Source: Phoronis australis (Eukaryota > Animalia > Phoronida). Taken from it: 64,000 nt of DNA. Shown here piece by piece: positions 39,071 to 50,646 of this stretch; the stretch's first letter is position 1; every line of letters starts with the position of its first letter. The stretch lies in NCBI GenBank assembly GCA_002633005.1, contig NMRA01000003.1, forward strand, positions 2,661,117-2,725,116. The letters are read 5' to 3'. The notes beneath the pieces are model-generated. The model did not search any database. It was not told where the DNA came from and was given only the letters and a program-made list of their open reading frames with translations. The translations under genes and the position numbers were made by a program.

Positions 39071-40411
39071 GTGCGTAACGTTCAACCCGGCCTTTGGCCA
39101 ACGATAGAATTGTCATCGACAACGCGCTTCAAATTTGTCCATAGCGCAAAATTAGTAAACTTGCGACGTAAAAACAGATTAAATACAGAAGTCAAAACCT
39201 TGCACCCTCCAGTGTAGAGTCCTTAGTAAATTGTTGTCGGCTTTTTTTAAAACTGTTAAAATAGTATGAAGCCAAAACGGTGTTTTCAACTACGACGAAT
39301 TCGCGTCTTAAGTGAAACACTCCACAACTGTATGTACAGCTGCTGTTGTGACAATTTGGGCGGTATCAGTAGGCTAGAGGTTCGAATTGTGACAGTTGTG
39401 AATGCTGACTCAAATTTTACAAGGCTTTGTGATAACTAGCTGGCAGTTATCCGTCCCTCTTCACTGCGTACGTGCACATCCTCAAGAACAATTCAAACGG
39501 TATAACGACAGATAACGATTTCGCAAAATCTTCTCCAGTTTTAGGTTTTAAAATCTTGTTAGCGAGTTGGCGCTCCTTCAGAGAGGTTATGAATTTCAGA
39601 AAGCGTGGAAAAAGAAACTTGATGATGCTTTGGGAGCGTTTTTTTGAAGATTTCCGAAAGATCCTCCAATGGTCCTCTTTTAAGGTCAAGAATCATTTTA
39701 TTATGACCCAGTTTAAGAAAAGCTCATTCCATTAGGGTTATACTTTGAAAGTGTATTTTTAAAGGGTGAGGTTCCTGGTCCCTGATACACCATCTTTGGT
39801 GCTGTTTCAAAATTTCTCGCTACTAACACGCGCTCCCACTAATTTGCAAGCTTCCGGATTAAACCGTGGAACCCGTCATATGGGTAGACGGAAACACTGG
39901 AGAAAAGAAAGACTGCAAAACATGGAGAAAAGACAAAATTCAAGTGAATAGTTGTCAACTACCACTGCTTGATTTGACCTTTGAGGGTCATGGCCAGGAC
40001 GTTGTTGATAGGGGGCCCAAGTTTTCAGCATTTATCGTTTAAAAGTGCACTTATTCATCCATACATATATTTCGAAAAAGCGCGAAAATTGTCAAATATT
40101 GTCCTTCGGCAGAGCATGTGAATTCACCGGAATTTTAAATTTAAGAACTGACAATTTTAGGGAATGCAAAACTATTCTCCAAGGACCCCTCTCTGGCGAG
40201 GATAATGGAGTTACTTGCTGAGCTCTTAAAATAGAAATTCTGCTGTTCCTTTCCCTGTTTTTTTAAATCATACGTTCATATTTAGGGGCCCACTCATTGA
40301 TGGCATCATTGCGGCCACAATTCTCTTTTTCTATGGGGAAGTTGTTCAGGGGATGCCGATGATGGAATCGACTGCCCCTATTTTCCTTTTTTTGTGAAAC
40401 CGGTATAACCT

Positions 40412-40604
40412 CATAGGCGGATTTGGGGGAGGGATGGGGGGGGGGGCTGACCGNTTTTTTGCTTTTTTTAGTAGAATGTCCACACCCTCAGAAATTCGAG
40501 CCCTTATCGTTTAGGCTGGGTGCGGTCATACAATCGTGCTTTGCGCAATTGTCTGAGACAACATGTTGGGCCTCCCCCCTTATGATGTCCTAGATCAGCC
40601 ACTG
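40412..40604. mobile_element. MITE, CA(G/T)(T/A/G)GGCGGAT-type TIR family, 5-bp TSD AACCT
   Basis: cataggcggattt...tagatcagccactg with aacct on both sides (spans an N at 40454). Confidence 0.7.
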
Positions 40605-40793
40605 AACCTCTATGTCAAGGAAGGAAACTTCTTGAATGGTAACAAGATGGAATTGACAGTGTCGTAAGAATAATATTTCTTTAGAAGATCGTTACTAGTT
40701 GATTGTAAGAAACTGGCAGGTGTTGAACAGACTGTCGGCTGTACGATCTTTTGATGCGTACATGTGTAACTGATTAAGGTATACATATTACCG

Positions 40794-40947
40794 CAGTGGC
40801 GGATTTAGGGGAGGGGGGTGGCAAGGGGGTCATGCCCCCCTAAACTTATCTTTGGCAGTTCGGGGGTGCGAATGTCAGACGGGCAAAATCCTGGCTAATA
40901 CTCTGCCCTGGCCCTCCCCCCAACTCAAAATCCTGGATCCGCCCCTG
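40794..40947. mobile_element. MITE, same family, TSD taccg/tactg
   Basis: cagtggcggatttagg...cctggatccgcccctg. Confidence 0.75.
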
Positions 40948-41099
40948 TACTGTACATGCATGGCAATCATAAACAAAGAGTTCATCGATCAGTGGGGTTC
41001 GAGTTTAACTCACAAACCGCAATAGCTATCTATGGAATGAACTAAAATAAGCGTTCTTGGGGGGACACCCAAACCCTATGCATACAGAGGACGTGATGG

Positions 41100-41724
41100 C
41101 TCACGTATTCGTTTTCAAAACAAATTTCATTACAGAGATACTCGAGCCTGTAATGAAATTCCTAATGAAATTAAAGAAGCCCTTCCTTCTTCTTAAAGTC
41201 TAACTACCACGTTTTTGTTTAATTAATTTCTAATGCCGAGGCTAACATTAAATAAAATAATTGCAGGCGATCTGGAACACGTTGTATCAGACGTACGCAG
41301 GCCGCTCAGTTGAGCCCTTTGCACTGACCACCCGGAGCTAGAGACCTGACTCAAGGGTCTATAGGTATGCCCCAGTGGAACTCGAACTTACGCCGACCTT
41401 GAGTAAAGGTAACGGACACTTATCCCACTAGGCCACACTGCCTCCTCGAGATTAACATTATGTCTATTGTTGATTTTTACTTTTTATTTTCTATATTGTG
41501 TAATCAACTTTTGTTGTTTAAGTCTTTCATCTTTATTCATGATTTTGCACTTAAGTTTTTGTATTTTGTGCCTGTTTTTATATATGTTTTCATTCATTTA
41601 ATCAATTATCGGACATCAGTGGAAATATGTTCATGACTTATTGTGCTGTTGGTGTTTCCCACTTGCACTTTTGTTTATTTTCATTTTTTCTTGTATTTTC
41701 TATACTTGTGTGAGCTAAATAAAA
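41100..41724 (+). mobile_element. Degraded LINE 3' end (CR1/L2 group), interrupted by the SINE
   Basis: FQNKFHYRDTRACNEIPNEIKEA resembles the WN.LP..IK terminal motif; T-rich UTR ending aaataaaa. Confidence 0.45.
41251..41446 (-). mobile_element. tRNA-derived SINE with ~14-bp TSD
   Basis: Starts GGAGGCAGTGTGGCCTAGTGG (A box), has GTTCGAGT (B box) and an AT-rich tail; flanks cgaggctaacatta / cgagattaacatta. Confidence 0.75.
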
Positions 41725-42246
41725 GGTGTTGGCTGGGGCGCAGAATCTGATCCACCGGAACTGAATTTGTGCTGAAGTGTGAGTACATTTTTGGGACACC
41801 CTGTGTATCATTTGTATTTTGTTCCTGTTTTTATGCTTAATTTATCTCATTGGTAACGTCACACGGAAACGGACGGGAACGGACGAACTTTGTATCGAAC
41901 GAACTTGGCTCATTCAGCAACAATTCAAGATCGGATGAGCTTTTAGACAAACGCCTAAAACTCTATAGACTTTAAATTGATGAAAGTTTATATTTTTTTA
42001 AAGCACAAAGACTGACTTTTTACCAATCTGTCATTTATTGGGTCACGTGAACATGTCTTTTTAGAAAAAATTAGCACTAAAAGAAAGGAACATTGATAGC
42101 AAAATAACGGTGTCAATAACACGATCATATTTCGTTTGATGTGAACGTTCAAGATAGGTCTCAAAAACGCTGTACAGTAATCTAAAATATCCTTTCGCTT
42201 TATGCAACTTTAGTTTCTTTCATGTCAATCATAAAAGTCCTATTTT

Positions 42247-42420
42247 ATAGACCTTCCTGCAAAAGTGGAAGAGCTTAAAAAAATTCCTAAAACAGGTATA
42301 AAGAACAATGTTTAAATAAATCACAGTATTTGAAAGTTTCATATAGATACAATCAGCTGTTTCTGAGATATGATATTCTCAAGTCAGCCAAAGTTGGATA
42401 TTTTCCTAGGGTCTTACATA
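42247..42420 (+). repeat. Dispersed repeat with an inverted copy at ~47180-47350
   Basis: Shared blocks tgcaaaagtgg, aaagtttca and tgagatatgatatt in opposite orientations. Confidence 0.55.
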
Positions 42421-42513
42421 ACAACATTGCCAGCTAAACAGCGGCGAATTGCCCAGTTAAAATATTCCCTCAGCAAGCCATTTCGAAAATCCATGTAACA
42501 CGAATGAACACGA

Positions 42514-42560
42514 TCACTTGTCGACTCCCAAAAACATGCACAGAGGTTGTGGTCGTCCTC
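42514..42560 (-). CDS. PBP2-like paralogue A terminal exon
   Basis: cttttgttttag| GGRPQPLCMFLGVDK*; homologous to DERPPPLCTNPGMV* in paralogue B. Confidence 0.85.
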
Positions 42561-45500
42561 CTAAAACAAAAGACACATTGTTAAATCGCACGGAGCGAAT
42601 AAACACAAAACGCAATTATTATTCAGCTACATAACCGGTATTTTTTGAAATTAACTATGTTTTTGAAAATTTAGCAAGTTTCACATAGTGGAATCATTCA
42701 AACGATTTTTCAAACGATCAAATGTTCATATTGACATTGCAGCGAAAATGCTTTTGAACTCACTTTACGCTAAGCAATTTCGGTTGTCCCCCACGCTGTG
42801 ATCCCGAGAGCACCATCTCTGATAAAATATCTTTAATTTTTGTGACGAAAATTTGATAAACTGGATAACACTCCCAATGTGTAATCGGAGAAACAAATAA
42901 CATATGTAAATGATTAATTGAAAAGTATAGAAAAGCAACCGTGAGAGGTCAACACGAACATTGTCCAGCAGCTCGACGGACGAGGGGAAGTGGCATCGCG
43001 GGCAGCACGGATGGTCAATGTGCGAGCAAAGAAAGATGTCCGCGGAACGCCGAAAATGGTCTTTGAGGGGAGTATGCGTCCGCAAGAGTGGAGTAGCGTG
43101 CGCGGCCAAGGACGCCTAAGTGCTCTGATATCAGAATCCTGTCACCTTCTCAACGAGAAAATTAGAACGGACACCAAAGTCAATAGTCAAATAATTTGTC
43201 GTTGAAAGTGGAAAGTGGCCACCGACCTGCGACAAATTCATACCTGTCGCATGCTTCTTGTTGGACTCCTCACACAGTTCACGGTACCTTCCACTAGAGA
43301 CAATTTTTGAGAATCCCTCGTTCCATATTTCAGGCAGGTCGGAATCTTTCCTTGTCATAATGGACCCTCCCTGGATCGCACACGACAATGGCATGTCTTC
43401 AACTTTCTTCACTTTTGAACCAGCCACATCGAGGATTCGCCTCAAGGGATGATCATAATAAAATATAGCGTCAATCTGCAGAAGGGAAATTAAGTGAAAT
43501 AAACGATGGAAGCAACAGTTCAGTCACGCTTAGTTCAGAATTCGCTCACTCTTTTGTTTTTTTTTTCGAGTCAGTATAGTGGGTGCCTGTTAAAGCGTTC
43601 CCACTACACATTTTTTAAATTTTGAAGTTTTAGTTTTCTAATATGAAATGAATACAATAAAATCCAACTAAATAAGCATTTATTATGCCAAATCAACAAG
43701 ATTTTTTGAGCTTTGAACTATTTAGCTGGCAAGAAAAAGAAAATCGAACCAGGCCTAAAATCCCATTTCTGTAACCAACAAGAACATAAAAATCAGTCAT
43801 CGACCTAATAAAACGCTTCAAAATTTATTGGGGTTGGTCAACCCTAATCTTGCGAATTTGAAAATGGCGCATGTAGGCCTACCCATTGCCTGTGATTCGA
43901 GTTGGTAAGGGAAAGGATATTATGAGACCCTTTTTATAAAAGTACAAGGCCTAATTTTTAGCCACCTCACAGCAAAATCCAGGGTCAGCAATCAAATGCT
44001 ATTTTGGCCATAACACTTCTAGGCAAATCTGTTCACATAACAGAATGTGATTGCATGTTGTGTGAGTTTTAGCAGTGAGATAGTTTGCTGTGGAGACATG
44101 TACTGGTATTACAGTCACTCATGATGCTTGACTGAAGTTCAGCTAAACGCCTGACAGTGTGTGTATGTGTGTGCGTGCGTGCCTGTACGTGTGTGTATGT
44201 GGGAGTGCGTGTGCGTGTGTGCGTGCGTGCGCCGGTGTGTGCGTGAGTGTGTGTGCTTGTGTGTGTGTGTATGTGAATGTTATCATGAAAAGTTAAGTCG
44301 TTTTATTTATATTACGTAAAAGAATTAATAATTTTATCAAAAGTTGTGATACCATTAACATTTCCTTACGCAATTGTTAACAAACCTTTTTACTAATCAG
44401 AGCTTCGATAATTTCCCCAAAGTTGTAGTATATAACATTTTCTTCGGGTACAACGACACCAGTTTCCTCTGCGATACACCTTTCGTCGGTGTAGGAATAA
44501 CCAGTGACGAATCCTACAACAAAACCAGGATAAGTCACAGTCAGTTTCCATCCTGCAAGGAAAGTCAGACATGTGAGAATCTTTGCCCCACCACATCGCT
44601 TTGAACCGCCACAACTGAAAACGTTCACTTCCGAATGACTCGAAGAAATCGCTTGGTCTATAATTTCTTAAAGTGACATTAGACCAATGCTTTCTGTCTA
44701 GTTTTGATTTAAAGGAGAATGCCATCCAAAAAACAACCTATTTTGTATTAATTTAGATCGAGCAGTTCTACTCGACAACGGCACGTTCGGTTGCGTTGCC
44801 TGACACCTGACGGCAGACGGAGGTGTTGAAATTATCCAATGACGTCATTGGTTTGACACACAGTCTGTTCAGCAGTTCATAACACGGGTTACTGGTGTCA
44901 GCTTATCGCTTGAATTCATCGTTTAACACAAATAAATCATCAAACTTCGATGTAAAACCCTTAAAAATACACCGAGCTCTTATAAAAACGTGTTGTTTGA
45001 TTTGCTGTTACGGATTTATTGGTATTTGGATACACCGTAGCCTACAAAGTTCGGCAGGCCAGTTTACCAAGGTCTGTAGCAGGAATTTGGGGTCTGTTCG
45101 GAGATCAATTCGAAGTATTCTTTCGTGAAATACAGGCAGGAGAACCTAGATCTGTGTTGTTTATACTTGTGATTTTTTGAGTTCCAAATACACAAACGCT
45201 TGTTATCCCATCCAGTGGCTCGGAACCCGACCAGGCCCGTCGCGGCCGCCGAGAGTGGCACGAACATAAACCACCTTGAGTTGGGAACTAAACCTCCAGT
45301 CACGAAAAGACTATAATAGTGAAGCAAAGAAATAATGTGCACGTAATTATTTATGGGAATTAGCCACGAAACTGAAAATCTACTTACTTCTCGGGGGCCG
45401 CGAAGTCGGGTTCCCCTTCCACAGAACGTCAGGGCAAAGAATGTACACTAACAATGATTTGAATAATGTATTTGTATTTCTAAATGAAGATTCCCCTAAC

Positions 45501-48500
45501 ATGTGACCATAGCATATAAAATCGAATAATCGTTTCACAACAGCTTTCTGTCAGCAAACACTGAATTAGCATGCGCTCACACGGCCTCGGTGCCCGGTCA
45601 GTTACCTTTGTTGCCGTCATCAAAAGCCGGTAACGCAGTGCTTTATTCATTGCTGGCTTCTTAACATTTGCACTCACGAATACTGCAAAGGCATTACAAA
45701 TTGTATCTAATGAGACAGACTTTGTTTCAGTTTCACATAAGCATTGGTTAGGATGAGAATAATTCATTTTGAAACAGAAAGCAGAATAATAAACGTCTAC
45801 ATGGCAACTCGCCCCGCGCCAATCCCGACTTAGTCAAGAGCTAATCCGACGAAGACTTCACGGGTCGGATCATTATAGGTTTCATAGGCTATCAGTTCGA
45901 ACCAGAATACACTGATCAAGAAATACTAGAGAGGCGCCGTGAACATGCACAGGCAACGGAACGTATGGGTACTTCTTTGGTAAGCCGGAATTCGTCGGAG
46001 AAATCACTGTCGACGAAATGCCGGTCACAGACACGGAAATGTTTCACGGCCTCATACTTGCTATTAACAGCTTACCTTTCATTCTTCACTACCGCGAGCC
46101 ACTTCCTAAGCATTTCGGTCTCTCGAGGAAGTCGAAAAAACGATATAGTCGCTTTCTTCGCAGTTTCATAGTTCGGACGAGAACGATGCACCGCAATATA
46201 ACGGCATTCACTCTGCAGACGAACCACTGACGTCGCTGCGTCGTTTCTCACCTTCCTCATAGGTTAACGCGACACCTCTCGGCAAGGTGAGGTCAACCGA
46301 ATAAGAGGCGATGTGGATATAGACCGATTAAGACGGTAAAAAAAACTAATTAAATCGGGTGTCATTCTCCTTTAAGCCCTTTGAAAGGTCTCAAATTGTT
46401 CCTAATTGTTCCTACAGCAGATATGACTTTCTGGAATTGCAAATTAAAAGAACGAACAGTTTGTTCTTTCCTCAGACTAAGCTCGCAAATTGTATGAACT
46501 TGGTTTGAACAAATAACGAACTGTACGCCAGTTCCTCCCAAAGACATTTCCTGAAACTGAGAGCGGAACAAGTCAAGACGAACGATGTAATAGAAAGTGG
46601 TCGAAATCAGGAGTTGTGTCAAAAAAATCGAATTAATGTAGTAAACGGTGCAATAAGATATACTTCCTAAAACTCCAAGAGGTGGCCTACCTATCTTTAT
46701 AGTTTTCAGATCCTTCTTGTTGAAAGTATAATCCTTTCTAACATAGAAATATCCACTGAATGCGAGATGAAAACTTTGCGAGAATTTAAACACTTGTACG
46801 TTTAGGTGAGTGACTGTTGCTCCGATACATCCATCAAACCATCCGTCCAGCAGCCCCACACCGCCTTCGCCGTGCTCGCCTCTTCTAAAGTCCCAGCAAT
46901 CCGTCCACGGCGTGAGGACGATTCTACAGTCGATACCGGCTGCGTTACAAACTGGAATAAAAATGTATTGCAATGAGAATGAAATTTTTGCCAACTCCAG
47001 GGTTTGGTAATGCGTCAGTTATAATTCTTTACTTTTATTCGTGTTTTCACATTCAGACAACGAGTCGCGCAATGTCGGAAGGTGAGTAAGGTACACGTTG
47101 AACGTTATTTCCACTCTTGATTCGCTGAGAAAAGTTTTAGCGTAGTTTATAAGCAACTAAAACGTTTTAAAGTTAAGTGGTAACCTTAGCTAGATAAATG
47201 GTCAAATTTGGTTAACTTCGAAATATCATATCTCAAAAATGGCTGCTCGTATTCTTTTGAAACTTTAAGATACCATACTTCATGCGCTGTTCTTCAAAAT
47301 GCTTTTAGAAATTGTATTTGAAATGTCCCACTTTTGCATGATGGGCTATTGAAAAATAGGAGCTAAAGGGCTTTTACGAAATGGAATTGAAAGTTGCACA
47401 AAACGAAAATGAAGTGATGATTTAGAAAACTGTAACATCATTAAGGGAGATTTAATCTTGAACATTTATATCAAGCGACAATTGGTCATATTATTAATAC
47501 AATGTTATACTACATACCTTTCTTTTTGCTAAATTTACTAAAAACAATTGGTCATGTGACCTCATTCATGGCAGACTCGCTGGTTCCCTGCGTGTCCGCT
47601 AGGTAGTAGTTCGGACACGCAGGGAACCAGCGAGCGTGGCAGATTGATAGGAAATCAAAATCAAAATCTACCATCTTTGTACTTTCACACAGTTAAAATC
47701 TATAGTTTTGTACTAGTAGCCGTTTTTTCTAAATACGCAGACTTGTCGATAATGTCCCACATAAGCTTGGGGGTGGGGGGGGGGGAGGTGAGGGTTCTAC
47801 ACAGTTTAATTTATCGTTAATTTTTTTAATTTTCATATTATTTTTTTGTCTACTACAAACCTACAATAAATGTGAGCGTCACAGAATTAGTTTTTCCGTT
47901 ACAGCTTTCAAAACAAAGGCTTCTCTGCCAAAACGTGAAATTCATATGGGTAGCTGAAAGGCGACTCGTCTTTAAAATTAACGATTGAAATCCTTTTGAA
48001 AACGGGTTAATTTCGTTGTGCAGTGCGGTCAGTTTTTTGTCCAATTTATTGATTGGGCGTAAACGTTTTTTTCCCGAATTTTGTGTCCTTCAAAGGTTAG
48101 CATTTTGGCTTCTAAACAAAGTTACGCTGCTATTTTTTTCTTAATTTGTGTTTCGTTTTGATGCTCGTCGCATTTTCTACGAAATTGAAAAAAATGGGGA
48201 TCACCGACTGTTTTTGAACTATGTTAGGTCAAACAGCGTCACGCACAATTTGACCTGCGCAAAATCGCGCCATTTTCAAAATTACGATTACATCGCTGGA
48301 TTTCAGTAGACGTTTAATTATGTTGTTTGGATCCTGAAGTAAGTTTAGTAGAGAGGAAAATTCGAGACAAATTTGCCGTTTGAATTAAGTCACACTGTAT
48401 CTACGCTTGGTTTTACCGAATGTTTGAATTTGATGCCGTGGATTTTTATCAAACGCCAAAATTATCAAAAAGTCAACGTAAAATCAACGCTTTTAAAATA

Positions 48501-49326
48501 AATAATGTTTAATCTGGGATAAAAAAATCACTTTCAAATGTTTTATAAATTAGTCAATGTCGTAAGCCTGTTTTACGACTTTTTGGAAAACTGTCGAGCA
48601 TGTTTTTGATAAAAAAGACACCGTTAAAATGCCAAGTAATTTTTGTGTAAAATTTCGCAGCTTCGCATAGTTCTATATCTATTGTATTGTATAATATATC
48701 TGATAGAAATGTTAGTCTTTCTACCTACCTTCATAGACCAGGTCAATGAAAAATCCCGCGTGAATTCCATTCTCGTCTCTGAATGAGGAAATGCAAACGT
48801 TTGATTAGTTTACTTCTGTGAGATCATGGAATGGTTGTACTACGGCAACAATAAATTGATGAAAATGGTTCAACGGCGGCAGTTTTAAAACAAAACGTTT
48901 AAAGCAGTGCTTTCTATAAAAAGTTTTAGGTCACTCGCCGTTATAAGATTGGACTTAGTTCTGCATTGTTTCTTTCTCAGTTTGTGAGTTAATCCTAGAC
49001 TCGTTGTTTCTCCAAACCAAGTTCACAAACTTTCATGTCACACCATGGCATTTATTTTGACTAGAAAACAAATTGAAATAAGTTTCATGACGGCAACGGA
49101 CCTAAGTAAAAATTTACTTTTCGACAGAAACCACAGCTGTATAGTGTTCTCATAGTTTTGTACTTAATACAGCTAACTGCCAATCATCAACTGTTCGTGG
49201 TGAGAGATGCTTACATGTAGACATCAGAACCCCAAGACGAGGTTGTAGCAAGAAGGTAAATAGGCTTCTCCGCGTAAATGTTAGTAAATAGAGCAGCGAC
49301 TATTAACACAACAGAAGGGTGTAATT
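42514..49326 (-). CDS. Secreted periplasmic-binding-protein type 2 (SBP_bac_3, HisJ/ArgT-like) protein, paralogue A, ~277 aa with candidate ATG exon at 56616-56619
   Basis: Exons 49215-49326 (signal-like LHPSVVLIVAALFTNIYA), 48729-48778 (DENGIHAGFFIDLVYE), 46691-46951 (VCNAAGIDC...DLKTIKI), 44386-44513, 43244-43475 (IDAIF...MTRKDSDLPEIWNEGFSKIVSSGRYRELC) and 42514-42560 (GGRPQPLCMFLGVDK*). All GT-AG with consistent phases and no internal stops. Confidence 0.85.
43244..43475 (-). CDS. PBP2-like paralogue A exon (232 nt)
   Basis: ttctgcag|ATT GAC...ACA G|gtatga; homologous to 60010-60247. Confidence 0.9.
44157..44275. repeat. Imperfect (GT)n/(GCGT)n microsatellite
   Basis: Read directly; also (CA)n at ~36428-36447 and (TACTA)n at ~13680-13702. 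Confidence 0.9.
44386..44513 (-). CDS. PBP2-like paralogue A exon (128 nt)
   Basis: ttgtag|GA TTC...AAA AAG|gtttgt; homologous to 61140-61267. Confidence 0.9.
44713..46371. mobile_element. Internally deleted Kolobok-type DNA transposon in an intron of paralogue A
   Basis: TTAA at 44709-44712 and 46372-46375; TIRs AGGAGAATGcCAtCC / AGGAGAATGaCAcCC; THAP relic inside. Confidence 0.85.
45962..46230 (-). pseudogene. THAP zinc-finger relic (transposase N-terminus)
   Basis: KKATISFFRLPRETEMLRKWLAVVKNER*AVNSKYEAVKHFRVCDRHFVDSDF: THAP F.LP, W and VC..HF motifs, with an in-frame stop. Confidence 0.85.
46691..46951 (-). CDS. PBP2-like paralogue A exon (261 nt)
   Basis: attccag|...G|gtaggc; homologous to and the same length as 61539-61799. 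Confidence 0.9.
47576..47634. repeat. Perfect 23-bp inverted repeat with a 13-nt loop
   Basis: ctcgctggttccctgcgtgtccg - ctaggtagtagtt - cggacacgcagggaaccagcgag. Confidence 0.95.
48729..48778 (-). CDS. PBP2-like paralogue A exon (DENGIHAGFFIDLVYE)
   Basis: 50 nt, cattcag|...G|gtaggt; matches the bacterial D..G...GFDIDL motif. Confidence 0.85.
49215..49326 (-). CDS. PBP2-like paralogue A, signal-peptide exon
   Basis: cttttctttttcag|...AT|gtaagc, 112 nt, phase 1-2; hydrophobic core followed by IYA|EK. Confidence 0.75.
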
Positions 49327-50492
49327 CTGAAAAAGAAAAGTGTTGGTTCATGATGAACAGTAAATGCACAAAATACTTTAGAATACTGTAGAATATTAAA
49401 AAAAACAGTATTTACTCTTAAAAAATAAAATATTTTCAAAAAGTAAAATACATTTAAAAAATAAAATATTTTTAAAAATAAAATCTAAAGTGGTTGCAGT
49501 TACAGGCACCATGCACCTCATAGTTAGCACCCTGGTCACATACAATGCGTTTCTCGACCGATACCGCCTATTGTGTTCCATCCCCATGCCCAGCACTATC
49601 CGGTTATTCATTTGATCTGATCAGCAGTAGCGGTGAACCTAAAACTTCCGACGCCGACCGTTGAGTTTCCGAGCTAAAAGTGACAATCGATCGGCCATCT
49701 AGCCGTTGACGACCGATGCTCAAATAACTTGCACACCCGAGGGGAGATTTGAGGCTCGAAAATACCCGAGTTGTTACGGATGGCCGACACCTTGTCGTCG
49801 TTCCCGATAATCCCCGTGGTCATTTAAGCCCACCTGCACAGTCATCGGATAGGCGTAGGAAATTTTGCCGGGGTATACAAGCAGTCACGTGTATTTCACC
49901 GTTTATTTCGCTATGTATATGTTCATTCCACTTATTGCCTGATGATGAGATATGCAGTCTCGAAATATAGCTTGTGTTTTAATTTGTTTGTTTGTTATGT
50001 CTCTCGGTGTTTTACTACATAGCTGCACACCTGAAGAAAGGAGACTGTTCCGACACTACTAGCAAAAAAGTCTGGTCTTTTTTTCAACAAAAATACCAAA
50101 ATGGCGACCCCTCATTTCGTCGCATGACACTTCAACTGGTTTGGAATACAGTTTTGTATAATAAGCGACAACACATGACTCGGGATATTATTAACATAGA
50201 CAGAGATTACATATATTCTTGCTTCAATATGTGCGCATGTTCTTCATTGCTACACTACCACTACACATTGTCTCCGTGGGTCTGCTACGCGAAAAGTGAC
50301 GTCAGACTAAGGTCAGGAATTTGGTTTTACGCTCCCACTTGCTTGATGGGCGTTTTTAGTCGGTGAGCGAAGGTGTGGTTAGGGGAGGACCGCTGAAAAG
50401 GATGTCTAGCACAAACACACCGTATTCAGCAATAAAAAGCAACTATTTTGCTAATGTTCCATATCGATGTAAAACACCGTCGGTGACTCCGT

Positions 50493-50646
50493 CAGGGGCT
50501 GGGATTTTTTAAAAGAGGGGCTCAGATCAAGGATTTTTTTACAAAGGGGGATCCAAGTCAACATTTTGAAAATTCTAGATTTGATATCACTAACATCAAG
50601 GGAAAGAAGGGGGTCCGGACTCTTGACCCCCCTGGATCCGCCTATG
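50493..50646. mobile_element. MITE, same family, 5-bp TSD TCCGT
   Basis: caggggctgggattt...cctggatccgcctatg with tccgt on both sides. Further ends at 1-20, ~37938 and ~38844-38859. Confidence 0.75.

Noticed and set aside
39447-39801. Possible coding relic on the minus strand
   Set aside because: It has an acceptor-like site and protein-like stretches, but the frame shifts at an A7 run and I recognise no family; BLASTX would be needed.
42765-43205. GC-rich ORFs as the last exon of paralogue A
   Set aside because: The terminal exon at 42514-42560 is identified by homology to paralogue B; this stretch is intronic.
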